This document shows positions 12,035 through 25,615 of a DNA stretch of 64,000 nucleotides, in pieces. The notes beneath the pieces were generated by a model. The model did not search any database, had not been told where the DNA came from, and worked only from the letters and a program-made list of their open reading frames with translations. The position numbers and the translations under genes are program-made. The first letter of the stretch is position 1. Every line of letters begins with the position of its first letter. Origin of the DNA: Camelus dromedarius (lineage: Eukaryota); assembly GCF_036321535.1 (NCBI RefSeq), contig NC_087437.1, forward strand, positions 62,808,001-62,872,000, given 5' to 3'.

Positions 12035-14690
12035 TTGCTTCTTTTTTTTTTCCCCTTTCTCGGATTGATTAATATTGTTTTATTCTCCTTACTTTCCTCT
12101 ACTAGTATTGAAATTACATATTCTATTTCTTTTCTCCCAGTGGCTATCCTTACATTACCCTTAAAAAAGTATATTTTTCTAACAAAGTCTAAGTTAATTC
12201 CTACTTCTATCCTGTTCTTAAGTCAAGCAAGGATCTGAGTTTGCTTTGCCCTCCCTCAGAATACTCCATTTTGTTTCAAATGGTTATTATTCTTTTTATT
12301 CTTGTTACTTGTGCTCAATAGTACGTTATATTCACCACAGTATTTTGGTGTTTGTTTCGCTTACAATATCTTTTTGCATCTAATTCCTCCCTCCTAGGCT
12401 CATTTTTATTTTTGCAAAAGAGTGGGGATTTATGGTTAGTAAAATTTCTGAGTTCTTGTATGTTGAAAATCCTTACTCTTAAATTATAATTTTGCTGGGC
12501 ATAGAATTCTAGGCTGCGAAGGTTTTCCACTAGAACACCGAGGCACCTACCTCACCCTTTTGTTCTCTGTGGCAGTGGGTGAGAGGTCTGTTATCAAGCT
12601 GACTGACATTCCTTTTCAGATGACCACTTCTTTCTCCCTCTTGACTTTAACATTTTTTTCTTTTTTGTGATGTTCTCTAGTTTTACTACAATGTTTCTAT
12701 ATTTCCTCATTTCTGGAAAACCCTTTGTTATTATCTGCTTGAAAAATGTCTTTTTGCCATCCTCCCCACTTTATCCCAGAGTTCTTACTAAAATTACTTT
12801 TCATCCCCATCCCTCTGGTTGTGCTCTAAGAGATTTCTTCACTTCTGTTTCCTAAGTCAGGAATTCTCTCTTCAGGGTGTGCATTCTTGTGTTACAGTTA
12901 CTTGTTTCTGTTTCATATATGGCATTCATCCTTTACTTCTTCGAGGATTTTAAACATCCTTGTTTAAAGGCTCTTTCATACTGCTCTTTATCTGTAAATC
13001 TCGCATATTACCCATGGATTTGCCAACTCTGGTGCTTTTCATTTTTGTGTAGAGCCACATTTCCCTGTGCTAACATTTCCTTCTACCTAAAGGGCTCTCT
13101 CTCTCTCTCTCTTTTTAACATTTCTCCACTGGCAAAGAATTTTTTTTCAGCTTTTGGGTATGTCAGAAAAAAAATCTATTTGCCTTCATTTTTGAGAGAT
13201 ATTTTCACTGGGTGTAGAATTCAAAGTTGACAGTTTTGTTTTTTTATCTTCATTGCTCCACTCTGAGGCTCCACTGACTTCTTACTTGCCTTGTTTTCAA
13301 TGAGAAGTTCGCTTTCATCCTTACCTTTGTTTCTCTATATCTAGCACGTCTGTTCTTCTCTGACTGCTTTTGGAATTTTCTCTTTTATCACTGGCTTTGA
13401 GCAATTTGATTATGATACATTTTGGTGTAGTTTGCTTCATAGTTCTTGTGCATGGGGTTTATTTGGATTCTTGGATCTGTGTGTTTAAAGTCTATCAACT
13501 TTGAAAAATTTTCATCCATTATTGTTTTAAATTTTTTCTGTCCCCCTTTCCCTTTTGGGAATTTCAGTTACATAAATATTAGGCTGCTTTAATATTTCCA
13601 CAACTCACTAATGCTATCTTCTTTTTAAAAATGTTATTTTTCTGTGTTTCATTTTGCATAATTTCTATCACTATGCTTTTAAGTACACTTAAGTTTTCTC
13701 CTGCAATGTCTAATCTACTCCTAAACCTACCCAAGTATTTTTCACCTCTAGAAGTTCAACATGGATTTTTCTTTGATTTCCATGCCTCTACTTAACATTT
13801 TGAAAGTTTGGAACACTTAATAATAATTGTTTTTATGCCCATGTTTACTAATTCTAACATGTGTGTCAATTCTGGGTAAGTTTCAATTGATTTTTTCCCC
13901 TTATTATGGGTCATATTTTCCTGCTTCTTTGCATGCCCAGTAATTTTTGATTGGATGCCAGACATTGTGGATTTTACCTTAATGGGTATCCAATATTTAT
14001 ATATTCTTATAGCTACTCTTGAGCTTTATCCTGGTGTGCAGCTAAGTTACTTCGAAACAGCCTGGCTCCTTTTAAGACTCGTTAGGCAGAACCAGAGCCT
14101 CATTCTTCTAGGGCTTGTTAGTCCCCACTACGAAGGTAAGATCCTTCTGAGGACTCAGACTGATGTCCTGAGAATTTAATGTTTCCTACTCTGGCTGGTG
14201 GGAACAGGCATTACTGCAGACTCTTTGTGGGCACTGGGTACTCTTCCCTCTAAATTATTTCAGGTAATTCTTTCCCATCCTGGGGTAGTTTCCTTTTAAG
14301 CATGTGCTGATCGATACTTTGATGAGTACTTGAGGGAGACCCTCTAAAGAGCTCCAGAGTTCTCTTTTTGTGAAGCTTTCTTTTCCCTACTACTCTGTCC
14401 TGTGAAATCTAGAAGCCCTGGTCTCATTGGACTTTCAGCTCCATCTTCTTAACTCAGGGAGACTACTAGGGTACCCTTCCATGCACTGAGGCCTGGAAAC
14501 TTAGGGCAGTAAGCTAGGGTACTCATAGGGCTCACTTTGCTTGTTTCCTGTCTCTCAGAAATCACACTGTTCTCTGTTGTTTGATGTCCAGTGTCTTGAA
14601 AATCGTTTCTTATATTTTGCTTGGTTTTTAGTTGTCTCAGGCAGGGGGATCTATCTGGTCCTTGCTTTCTATCTTCTTGGTCAGAAGTCT
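12035..14690 (-). mobile_element. Old L1 fragments (ORF1 and 5' region), probably more than one element
   Basis: ORF1 C-terminus-like decayed sequence near 12430-12530 and again near 13140-13240. Strong T-rich strand bias. Confidence 0.7.
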
Positions 14691-15274
14691 CACATCTTCC
14701 TTCCTGACCACAACTTATTCTCCTTCCAACTTGCTTATTTAATTACTCTTACTATGACCTTCTTTAACCCCATTGGGACCTCTAGTTCATGATGCCCTCT
14801 ACTGCGTCCCAATCTGTCAGTACTCTCCCCTCATCACTTTCCTTCCTGTGCAGCCTGTAGTCCATGATCCATTGTTTCAGTAATGCTCTTGCCAGCGTTC
14901 TCAATTCCTTTGCCCCTCTCTGCTCATTTAACACAGCTGATTACATGGAAGAGGTTCAATAAGTTTTAAATAATTGGATAAATAAATAAATGAGAAAATG
15001 GAGTATGTATGATGATTTCTGACAATCTCTCTGCCTATATTTCAAAGCTAAACATTTAAAAATTAATGCTTTTTAGTACTATGTATCTTTTATTAATATA
15101 TATAATAATTAGGTATAAAATTAGGTTACCCCTTACATGTAAATATCATTTTCCCAGTTCTATGTTACTTAGGATGGATGCTTTTGATTTTTCCCACTAA
15201 AAGTCATAGGCTTCTAGATTATAACTAAGCCAGTAATAGAAAAACAGAAAGTGCAGGTATGAATGAAATTTAGA

Positions 15275-15440
15275 GGTAAGTTCCTATTACCTTCTAATTT
15301 TACAGATGAAGAAACCAAGGTTTTGAGAAGATAGATGATTTGCCTAAAATGTTCTTCAAAGCTCATACAGCTGGTCAATAGCAGAATTAGGAGCAAAACC
15401 AACTTTCCTGATTCCAACCCAGGGATCCTTCCATCCATTG
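15275..15440 (-). mobile_element. MIR SINE
   Basis: TTTTACAGATGAAGAAACCAAGG..ATTTGCCTAA..ACAGCTGG. Confidence 0.7.
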
Positions 15441-16211
15441 CAGTGCTATTTTTTCTTGCTCAGGTCTGCTTGTATCCAACACCCTGTGTTTGCAGACAAT
15501 TTGAATGTGGTTTACAGTAGAGTTTGCCCTTGCTTCCCAGTGAAACCATTAGGTGCTTAATGATGGAGTAACCATGTGATTTATAGAACAAGGTCATGCA
15601 ATCTTATAGCATTATTTATAATAGGAGCAATGTGGCACATGGGTCATATTCTTACACTTAGGTAAAGCATACTTTCAAACATTAGTCAGTGACTCTGCCA
15701 TACAGGATTCAATAAATTCATATCCCTACTCTGTAACTCTACTGTGTAGAGTCTGATGCCAGATACCAACATAATTTATTATGTATATATAATTTATTAC
15801 AATAATGTAATAAATTATGCCCTAAGATACAAAAGGGATTATGGTCCTCTAGACGTTGTACCCTCAAAAACTGGTCCCCTAAGTCTGGAAAATGTTTCAA
15901 AAGAATAAGAAGCCTTCTAATCTTTATACTCTGACTAGACATTGATGTACTGACCCAATACATATAGGGCCTAATAGTCAGGGACAGGACATAGTGAAAA
16001 TTAGGCAGTGGGAGTTACAGAAAGCAAAGAATGACTTAAATATGAATAACAGTCTTTCAATGTATAGGTTTGAAATTCACACACACACATACACACACAC
16101 ATCTGTTGAGTAAACCCCAGATTTGAAAATCTGAGTTAGAGCCAAAATGTAAATATTGAGTTAGAGCCAAAATGCAAATTATTTGCAAATATGACTTGAT
16201 GTTACTGCTAA

Positions 16212-16584
16212 TATAGTCATTCTGATGTGCACCAATATTTCAGCTCTTTGCCTCCTGGACACATAAATGTTTTTCTGGCCCCAACTGGTTTTGTAGGGCT
16301 ATATGACTAGTTCTAGCCATTGACGTTGAGTCATTTTCAGGCTCAATCATTTAATTTTGGGTTCAGATTCTTCAGAATTCTCTTTCTGTCTAAGACAGTA
16401 ATTGGTAACTTTAGAAGCTAATTCATCAGCCAGGGTCCCTGATTCCCTATGATGAACAGAGCCCCCAGTTAATCCATTATGAATATGAAGTATAAGAAAA
16501 AAATAAATCTTCATTGTTTTAAGCCACCAATATTTTTAGAATTGTTTGTTATCACAGCATAACCTAGCCTGTGCTGACAGATAC
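16212..16584 (+). mobile_element. Old MaLR LTR (MLT1I/J-like)
   Basis: 3' end AATAAATCTTCATTGTTTTAAGCCACC..TTGTTATCACAGCATAACCTAGCCTG..ATACA. Confidence 0.7.
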
Positions 16585-18579
16585 ATCTGTCTTCATTCTC
16601 TTCTCTGGATTGAGAAGATATTGTCTTAGGGATAGATAGTGGTAGGAGCCCAGGGACATTAAGAGGGTGGTAGGAAAATAAAGTTAAGAAAGGGAGGGAG
16701 ATGTAATGGGGCCATTCCAAGACAAATATACACATATACAAATTACATGCAATTTGGGAAGACCTAGTAGATTTTATTATTGTTGTTGTTACCACTACTA
16801 CCATGATTATTATTATTAGTTTTATTACTAGTTTTTAAAAAATAACCTGAAGATTACTGCCATTACATGCTATGACTCATCCTTGGTGTTGGATAGAGAA
16901 ACAGAGGGAGGAGAGATAATTCTAGCTTTGGGATCTCTTAGGCTAATGCAATGGCTATTCATCATACATAGCATGAATTTTGTTTTTTGAATATTTACAT
17001 TTTTTCTCTCCCAGTTGTACTATACAATTCTTGCAGTTAAGGATCATATTTTATTTCCCTTGTGTGCACTCTGGGAACCGTCCTGAAGCTCAATAAAATC
17101 AAGCTGAAGGCCAGCTTCACTTGCTATTAGGGAATTGGCATCAGATCCCACTGTTGACCATCCATGGGCTGACTCACAACAGATGCATCAATTCGCACAT
17201 TTTCATTTCCTGGAGCGTCAGGAATGCTTAATGAGAATCCTGAGCATGGGGGCGGGTCAGGGCAGAGAGGGGAAGTGCATTTTCAATCAATATTGTCTTT
17301 GGATCCTTAGTCCTTTTCACTGGTGACCAACTTGGTGAAGCAAAGCAAATGAGAGACATTTTCAAATTTGACTTCTCATATCAATTGTTTCCTTTTTTGG
17401 ACATGTGCTTTGTTATGTTTCTTCTTCCTTTTTATTGCTCCTGGCCCTCAGTGCTTTTCCTTTTTCAAGCTTCCCATTTGCCATTCTTAATTAGAAATGA
17501 TCTACAGACTCCAAAAGTCAAGTGATACATTTAAAAACTCATGGGGGGAATACAATAAGAACTGTGTTGAGAGAGGAGTCGGTATTTATCAGAATCATTT
17601 GAGTTGTCAGGTACCAAGCCATAGGGTAGTTTCCCATACATGGCTGTGCACCTGAGCTTCTGCTTGCTCCTTTCATTATGGCCTTGGAGCTTCTTTGCTA
17701 AGTCTTTCAATTGCTCTCCTTGTTTATCAGTCCTGGCCCTCGATCTCAGATTCTAACTTTGCCTATCAGATCACGCACCAAACCTGTCTTCCACTCTTGC
17801 ATTATCTGGAACTCAAGCAGCATGCTCCCTGTTTCTGCCAAGTATGACATTATTCTGCAGAATTTCCTACTCCCCAGTGGTGTAACCAGTCTGGTTGCAA
17901 TAAAGATGGAAAATATTTCTCTCTGTATTTCTACACACACACACAAAAAATTGCACTTGTTCTATACTATGCAGTTGTACTTGTAGTACCTACTATGTGA
18001 TTGGCCCTAGGACAAGTGGGGGGGGTACAGCTGCGAAAAAAGCAGACAAGAATCTTTGCTTTCACAGAACTCATTCTGTAGCAATGACAAATCCAATTAC
18101 TAGTATGATTTGACATGGATCCTATAAAATTGCTGGTTTTTTATCTAGATAATGAACTACACTTACATGTAAGTTCTAATGTTTTTGCATCCTATACTTT
18201 TAATTTTAGTTCAAGATTAAATTTTTATCAGGATAGGCCAAAAGATTGTTGACCCATACTAGATATGGTCAGAAGCTCCCCTCCTGAGCACATGTGTTGA
18301 TCCAAGAAAATAGAAAATAATCAAATGCCACATTTGATCTCTCAGAGCCACACGAAGAACATGACTTTGTTTGCCATGATGTCAACTGGTCCTTGGATTA
18401 AAACCTGAGCTGCAATGAACTTGTCCCATGCAGCCCTTTTCTAGAGGGCTAGCCAATGCCATTTGAAACTAATTTTTCTATATAGCTACGGAAGATGACT
18501 CTCTGGACTTAGTCCTATAATGTATCTCTCCAGAGATAAGGCTTTGCATTGGGTGGGAGGCTATTACATGATGAATGGG

Positions 18580-18582
<3 letters not shown>

Positions 18583-18614
<32 letters not shown>
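18583..18614. repeat. (GT)n microsatellite
   Basis: Directly visible. Confidence 0.95.
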
Positions 18615-18616
<2 letters not shown>

Positions 18617-19769
18617 ATGTGTGTATGCACACTAGTACCCTGAGCTCCTCTTTTATTTGGCTTCAACCTCAAAAGCTTGTCTCTTGAGGGCAAACTGATG
18701 CAGCTGGGAGGAGAAAGCCAGCTTCTCCTTAACTCCCCAGCCTGCTGCCTAAGTTTAATGAGTCTGAAATGGGGTTTGCAGAGGGAAAATGGGGAACCTA
18801 TATTTACCCCACAATTGTGATTGAGCCATCTTCCTGCCACTGGGGACTCAGATCTAGGTTGAACATATCTGTTAACTTGGGCCCAAGGAACAGATTCTAT
18901 ATGACTTAACATATCAGTAATCTAGGATGAATTCCTGTACCTCTTCGCTGGGTCTCTTGGGGCCCTGTGCAATTTTTTGATAAAGAGAACCAGGACTTTT
19001 TCTACCTTTGTACTGTGAATGGCGTCTGTCTCCAAACAGGCATGACTGGAAACTATTATTCCTGTTGCTGAAACTTCATCAAGCTAGACCTGAGAGGCTC
19101 TGCAGTCTGCTGGGAGTCAGGGGAGGCAACCAAAGGGAATTCATATCTTAAGCCTATAAAGTACAAAACAAATATCACCCCACACTTCTCAGAATCTGCA
19201 ATGCTCCTTTGAGCTTCCAGGGATTTATGAAAAGTGTAGTCCATGAACTCTTGGATCCTCATTTTATAGACTATTTATACTTGGATCATATGTGGATTTA
19301 TTTTTCAAGAATCTTACCATATGAACTTTGAGGGATGTCTGGTCACACCATAGGTGAAGTCCTCATCAGACTGAATGGAATCTCAGCAACTCTAACCTAG
19401 GCCATATCAGAAAGGCTCCCTTGGACTCCTGGTGGAGGCTGGGGGAGTAGTCTGGGGTCCCACATGACTCCTGGGGCATCCTCTTGGCTCCAAAGGAGGC
19501 ATAAAGACTGGGGGAGGGGCCATCTTCCCTGAGAGCTCCCACCTGTTCCCTAGGTAAGACCACTCTTCCCCAAGTTTTTGTGCTTTTCTGGGGAGTAATG
19601 AAGAAAGATTTCTAAGACCTTGTGTGTGCTCCTAGCAGAACCCTCAATCCTCCCTCTCCTCCAACACTCCCAGCCTCAGTACCACTATCTGCCTTGAGAC
19701 CATCTGGGATAATTACATTACACTCTGTATTTCCAATTAGGTCAGTCACCAGAACTCAGATCCTCTCCT

Positions 19770-20000
19770 CACTTCTTCCCTCATCCCCTGCGCTACTTAG
19801 AGCACTTTGAAGCTATATTTTCCACTGTAGCATGAGTCATCATCTGGTATTTTATATATTTTACTTATTTATTTGCCTGTATTCCTATCAGAATATAAGC
19901 TCCCCGAGGGCAGGAGTTCTTGTCTGTTTTGTTGTTGTTGCCTAGGATAGTGCTTGGAGCATGGTAGGTATTCAACAAATATTTGTTCAGTGAACAAATG
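19770..20000 (+). mobile_element. L2 3' end
   Basis: AGAATATAAGCTCCCCGAGGGCAGG..TAGGTATTCAACAAATATTTGTT. Confidence 0.75.
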
Positions 20001-21930
20001 ATACAATGGATAGCTAGTATTTATCAAAGGTCACTAATTATTAACAATATTACTTCTTTTGTTTTTTGGATAAATGACCCTTTATTGACCTGCAAGGATG
20101 TATTAGCCTTTCCCATAGTCCCTGATAGTTAGTGGGACCCTCCAGAACCCAAATCATCACATTACTTTGGGCATAATCTTTGATATCTCTCCCCCATGTC
20201 ACATGCTTGCCAAAGAGACCCATGTGCCCAATGTAAACATTGGTGCTATTCCATGTCAACCTTCTGGATGCCCACCACCATCCCTGCTTGCATGTGCTTC
20301 TTTTGTAAGATGTCTAATCCAGGAGAAAATAGCCAGATTTCTGACTATTTTAGCCAGATGAGGTCTGATGGGAAACTGTCATGTGGCAGTGGTCTAAGCA
20401 GTCATTTTTGAAACACTCATCGGGCTCAATGGGCTAACTGCCTTCTCAGTTTAATTTCTGAATCATTCATTCCTCAGAAGCTAGAAATGCTGGGTTGATT
20501 GCCTGTCCTAGAAGACTATGCACCTGCCTGGCCCTATCAGCAATGTTGTGCTGTGCCATTAAGCTGGAATGTCACTATTTATATCCTGCAATACCAACCA
20601 AGCCCTGCAAGGGCCTCCCTCTTTAATGATCTATTCCATCTGCAAGCTTGCTTGTGTGTCCTTGCAGTGTGGATAGAGAGTCCTCAGATTATTTGTGATG
20701 GCCTGGTTTTGAGGCCATATCTATGGCTCTCCAACAAGTCTGTTGGTTGGTTAGTCCCAGAAATACCAAAAGAAAATAGAGCAATATGTCAATATCATTA
20801 ACACCAAATGAGAATGAAGGAAGAGTCTTGGAAGTACAAAGCCTCGTATTTCCATTGCTAACCTCCAGCAGCCTTGGAGGAACTTAACTGTGTAAATCAA
20901 TCTAAACACCTGCTCCTCTTAGGGCCAGGATGCCCATGCAAGTCCTCATGAATCTATGAGATACCAGAGCAACAGCTGGAGGGCCATACTTGTGGGTCAC
21001 TCTCAGAGTCAGAGGGCCACACTAGGGAAATCTATGTCACTTCTGCTCCAGTCCCCACTCTCACTTTGGGATCCTCTTACCCTGATTGGTGCTATAGCAA
21101 CCACCCTACAGAACTCAGCACAGCCAAATCTAAAAACTCCACAGTATGCCTGGGTGTAGGGCGCACTAAAAGGTCACCGTTGCCAGGCAACAGAATCCCT
21201 GGACAGCCTAACAAATAGAATAACACTCCTTAATCCACCATCCCAGAAACTCAAAGGCAGATGCATAGAGACCCCCTCCCCCCATCACTGCTGTTTGGCC
21301 CTGTGGCTACTGCTACCCATGATAGGCCCATCCATAGCAGGCCTGGCTCTATTATCGCCCCACTAGCACCCTAGATGGTCACTGGTAAGGCTGGATACAG
21401 CACCTATGCTGTGAAGGCTCCCTCCAGGCCAGGACAGGCTTGCAGGACTGGCGAAATAGGACAGATCTGAGATCCAGCTGCATATCTGTTCTGAGCCCCC
21501 GTTTTGGGATCCCACTATTCACCAAGCCCAGCCTGCAGCAGAGTGGAGTCAGAGCCTGAGCAGCTCCTTTAAGCAGCTGAGGGTGTGAGAGCTGCTGTAC
21601 CATCAGGTGACCCAGTACAAACCGGAGGAAGGCGTGTAAGTGGTGTTCCATGAGCCACTTGGTCACCAGAACTGCAATCTTACCCTTGTCTTCTGACTGC
21701 ACTTTTGGTTTTCTAAACTTGTCTTCCTTTTTGGATTATGAATTTAGAATGTACCTAAAGGGTACACAAAATCCTTTTTCCTGGGCTTCAACACCTTTCC
21801 CGTGCATGTGTATTTGTGCACACATGTGGACACACACGCCCCTGCACACACTGTGGAACTATGGTCTGTCTCTCTTCTTCTCATGGTTTCTCTAACACTG
21901 ACCCAACTAACTGAATGCTGTGCCTGCCAC

Positions 21931-22788
21931 TCCATGCCCTCCAACCCAACCTGTTTTCTCATAAGCTCAATCCTGCGTTGCAGTGGGCATGAACTATTTT
22001 TTTCTTAAGGAACAGTCACTTTTATAGCACAACTGGAGTCGAAATCTCAGAAAAAACACATTCACACTGGATCTTTCATCAATATGGAATTTCTAATCAC
22101 CCAAGTTTTATGATTCTTATATATTTAATTTGTCATGGTCCACAGGTGGACTATCTACAGCAGATATTAGACCCTACACCGCCCCCTTGTTACCATGCTT
22201 TAGGGCTGCTGATGCCATCTCAGTGTGTCCTCAGAGCTTCTTCCTTACCCCTCTTCTCCTCCCCAGGTGTCTTTTCTTTCCTAATGATGCCTCTTTTATG
22301 TTGAAGCTAAAATAACCCATAAATTGGCTTTCTTTGATCATACAGTGAGTACAGAGAATGAAAATGGGGAGAAGCTCACAAGGGCTTATCTACATCTAGA
22401 ATATACTTCAATGTTGATTATTCTATATAATTTACAAAGTGATTCTAATATATGCCATGTTCTTTGAGGACAGGATTAGTTCTAACTCACTTTCAGAGCC
22501 TGCTCAGTGGCTTTCACAGTGGCTGGTACACAGTAAGTACTGAATATGTGCTTATGGAATAAATGAGTGGTCCCAATGGCTGTACGGGAGGAAGATGTCA
22601 GAATATCAATGGGTTGAGAGATATTCGAGGGCAATTTTAGAAAAGAAACTTCTAAAACCATGGACTCTTGGATGGTCAAGAAATGAATGGAAGCTGAAGG
22701 GAAACAGCTCCGTGTCATTCCATCCCCTCCAACCCAACCTGTTTTCTCATAAGCTCGATCCTGCATTGCAGTGGGCATGAACTATTTT
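21931..22788 (+). repeat. 70-bp dispersed direct repeat (copies at 21931-22000 and 22719-22788)
   Basis: TCCAT(G/C)CCCTCCAACCCAACCTGTTTTCTCATAAGCTC(A/G)ATCCTGC(G/A)TTGCAGTGGGCATGAACTATTTT, 67/70 identical. Confidence 0.95.
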
Positions 22789-23852
22789 GTGAGATTCAAT
22801 GGGAGACCTCACTCTCTCACTACGAGGCATCGGTGCAGGACTGGAGAAAACAACAGATGGGCAAGTACTGGAAAACAGGATTTTACCTTTCATGCCCATT
22901 TTTTTTTTGTAATATTTAAGTATCTGAGAATGTGATTCATCAGCCATCAGATTTAACAAAATCTCTCTCATTTTGCTATGTGTTCTAATGATACAGGAAC
23001 TTTCAATTATCTCTGCTAATGGAATGGAGGCAAAGGTACACATCATCAAAATGCCATTTCTATTTGCCTTTCGGGAGTATTATGTGTGCTTCTCCCCCAG
23101 CAGGTCTGCTTTCATCCTTAGTTCTAGCGTGGGCTAATAGTAAAATGAGTTAGCATTTTCTGTGTACGATACCTGGTAGCAGAAGAAGAGATACGTGTTT
23201 ATGGCAGAGGAAACTCATGCAGAGCTTAGTATTTGTCACAGTTAATCACCCACATGGACAATCTACTTACAGCAAGTGGGATTTTGAACGGAGCAAAATG
23301 CAAAGAGCAATGACGTGTCCTGGATTTGAATGGCCCCAGACAGACGCCCCAGGGGGAAGCTACAGCTCGTGCTATGAAGAGTGGTAGTGGGAAAAGAACA
23401 CTGGACTAGGAGTAAGGGAACTGGGGTTCTCCTCCTTGGTGCCCAAGGGAGGACATTTACCTCTTTGTGTCTTAGTTTTCTTTAATCTACAAATGTAATA
23501 ATGACATCTGTAACTGTCTACCTAACAGGTTAAACTGCCAAAGACAGCAGTGAGTACAAGGGCTTATAGCAGTATTAAATGCTATGAAAATGCAAAGCAT
23601 TGATAGACAAACAATGAAATACTGTCACCAGCTTTTTAGGATCTTTCCTTCGCCCTAACTCCCCAATGCTAGGGGTCTTGGGCTGTGGCTTCTGAAACTT
23701 ATTCCAGTTTAAAAAAAACTCACACTTCTTAAGGATCCTGCTCTTCCAAGATAGCCACTTTGATAATGTCCACGGATCCTAATGAACAGATATATCCTTT
23801 CTCAGGATTTTAACAGAGATCTTCCAGCTATAATACTTGGGTTATATATAAC

Positions 23853-24022
23853 CTAGTGGCCTCAAGGTGAGGTCCCTGGACCAGCAGCAGCACCTGAAAA
23901 TTCTTGGATCTACCCCAGACCTACTTTATCACAAACTCTGAGGGTGGAGCCCAGCAATCTGTGTTTTAACAAGCATTCCAGATGATTCTGATGTATACTC
24001 AAGTTTGAGAACCACAGATTTA
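23853..24022. mobile_element. MER5A-like hAT-Charlie DNA transposon relic
   Basis: CCCCAGACCTAC..CCCAGCAATCTGTGTTTTAACAAGC..GATTCTGATG..AAGTTTGAGAACCAC. Confidence 0.8.
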
Positions 24023-24150
24023 GCTCAAGGGAAAAATGGGAAAGCTAGGAATTGGGCTCTGGGACATGGTAATGAGAAATTCTTTATTTCTCTGAAGGAG
24101 GCAGGGGAAGGCTTATGGGACTTTTCAAATCATACGGCACAGTTGTGTGT

Positions 24151-24152
<2 letters not shown>

Positions 24153-24198
<46 letters not shown>
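24153..24198. repeat. (GT)n microsatellite, about 23 units
   Basis: Directly visible. Confidence 0.95.
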
Positions 24199-24203
<5 letters not shown>

Positions 24204-24204
24204 G

Positions 24205-24512
24205 ATGTCCGAGAACATAATTTTCTCAGGGAGGTCTTTCTCCCAACCACCGTACCTAAAACTGCATCCTCCCCTCCCCAGGCACCTCCTATCTCCCTTT
24301 CCTGATTTACCTTTCTTCGTAGTATTTATCACTTTCTAATATGCTCTTATTTACTTATTTATTTTGTGTATCATCTGTCTCCCCGAGCTGGGATGTTCAC
24401 CCCACGAGGGCAGTCTGTTTTGTTCCCTGCTGTATCCCCAGCTCTGAGAACTCTGCATGGTCCCTAGCAGGCACTCAATAGATATTTGTTGAATTAAATG
24501 AGTGAATGAATG
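24205..24512 (+). mobile_element. L2a 3' end
   Basis: GAGGGCAG..TGCTGTATCCCCAGC..AGGCACTCAATAGATATTTGTTGAAT..GAATGAATGA. Confidence 0.8.
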
Positions 24513-25374
24513 ACTGCTGAACCCGAGAGATGAGAAAATACTGGGTCAGACCAAAACACTGAAACACCTGTAAGCACCCTTATTACAGCACAGGAGCCTT
24601 GCCTCTGTTCCTGCTCTGGGCTCTGAAATAAGTCTGCAGACAAGGCTTGGGCAAATGCCACCCTCAGGGGTTTGGTTCACTATCCTGCTTGATTATCACT
24701 ACAAAGTGTGCTCTCTGGTTTCTCCTAGGCAGGGGATAGTGTACTGACTGATCAATATGTTCATATGGCTGGCTATGCTTAAGGGGCAGTCTGTGGGTGT
24801 GCAACAGATGAGAGTGAGACACAGCAGGGATGAAGGTAGTCTAAGAATAGAAATCTACTGAGTGCTGGTTCTCATGCTGCCCCTAACTTGCTATATAGTC
24901 TTAAGCAAACTTCTCAGCATTTCAGTGTCTCAGTTTCATCTGTGGATCTCAGTGGTTTCCACGGTCCCTTCTAGGTGTAATTATACATCCATTCAAGTGG
25001 TACTTGGTTAATGCCTGTCTCCTCTACTGGTAAACTCTATGAGGACAGGGGCTGTGTCTATATTTGCCCACCTAGTTCATGATGCCCAGCATCTGTAGGC
25101 ACTCAAATATTTGCTGAGTGAGCATCTCTGTGAAAACCAAATGGGGACCTCAGCCTCATCAACCTGTGCTCTACACAACTAAGTCCCAGGGACGTGGCTG
25201 TGAGTTGTGAAGGCCCTGCCCTGGAAGGGATCTCCAATCACACAGGAAGAGCAGGGCACTGGCTCTGCCTGCCCCTACCAGCCCCCAGGGCACACGTAAG
25301 TTGCACAGTTCATTAACATGAAGACCATAGCAAGGTACAAGGGAGAGCCCAGGCTGGGCACTGGGCCATCAGCT

Positions 25375-25615
25375 CTGTGGTTTGAAGAAGCATGGGTTTG
25401 GGGATCAGAGACCTGAATTTGAATCACAGATCTGCTGTTTTCTAGCTTTATGACTTTGTACCAGTTATCCACTGCTCTCAGCGTCAGCCTGTGCATCTGA
25501 AAAATGAAGACAGTACTGCCTGCCTCCCAGGATGTCTGTGAAGATTAGAGGAGATAACGTGCACCATCAAGTGCCTTCCTAGCATCTGGTGTGGGAAAGG
25601 TGCTCAGTATGTGGA
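25375..25615 (+). mobile_element. MIR SINE
   Basis: CAGAGACCTGAATTTGAATC..CATCTGAAAAATG..GTGAAGATTA. Confidence 0.7.
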
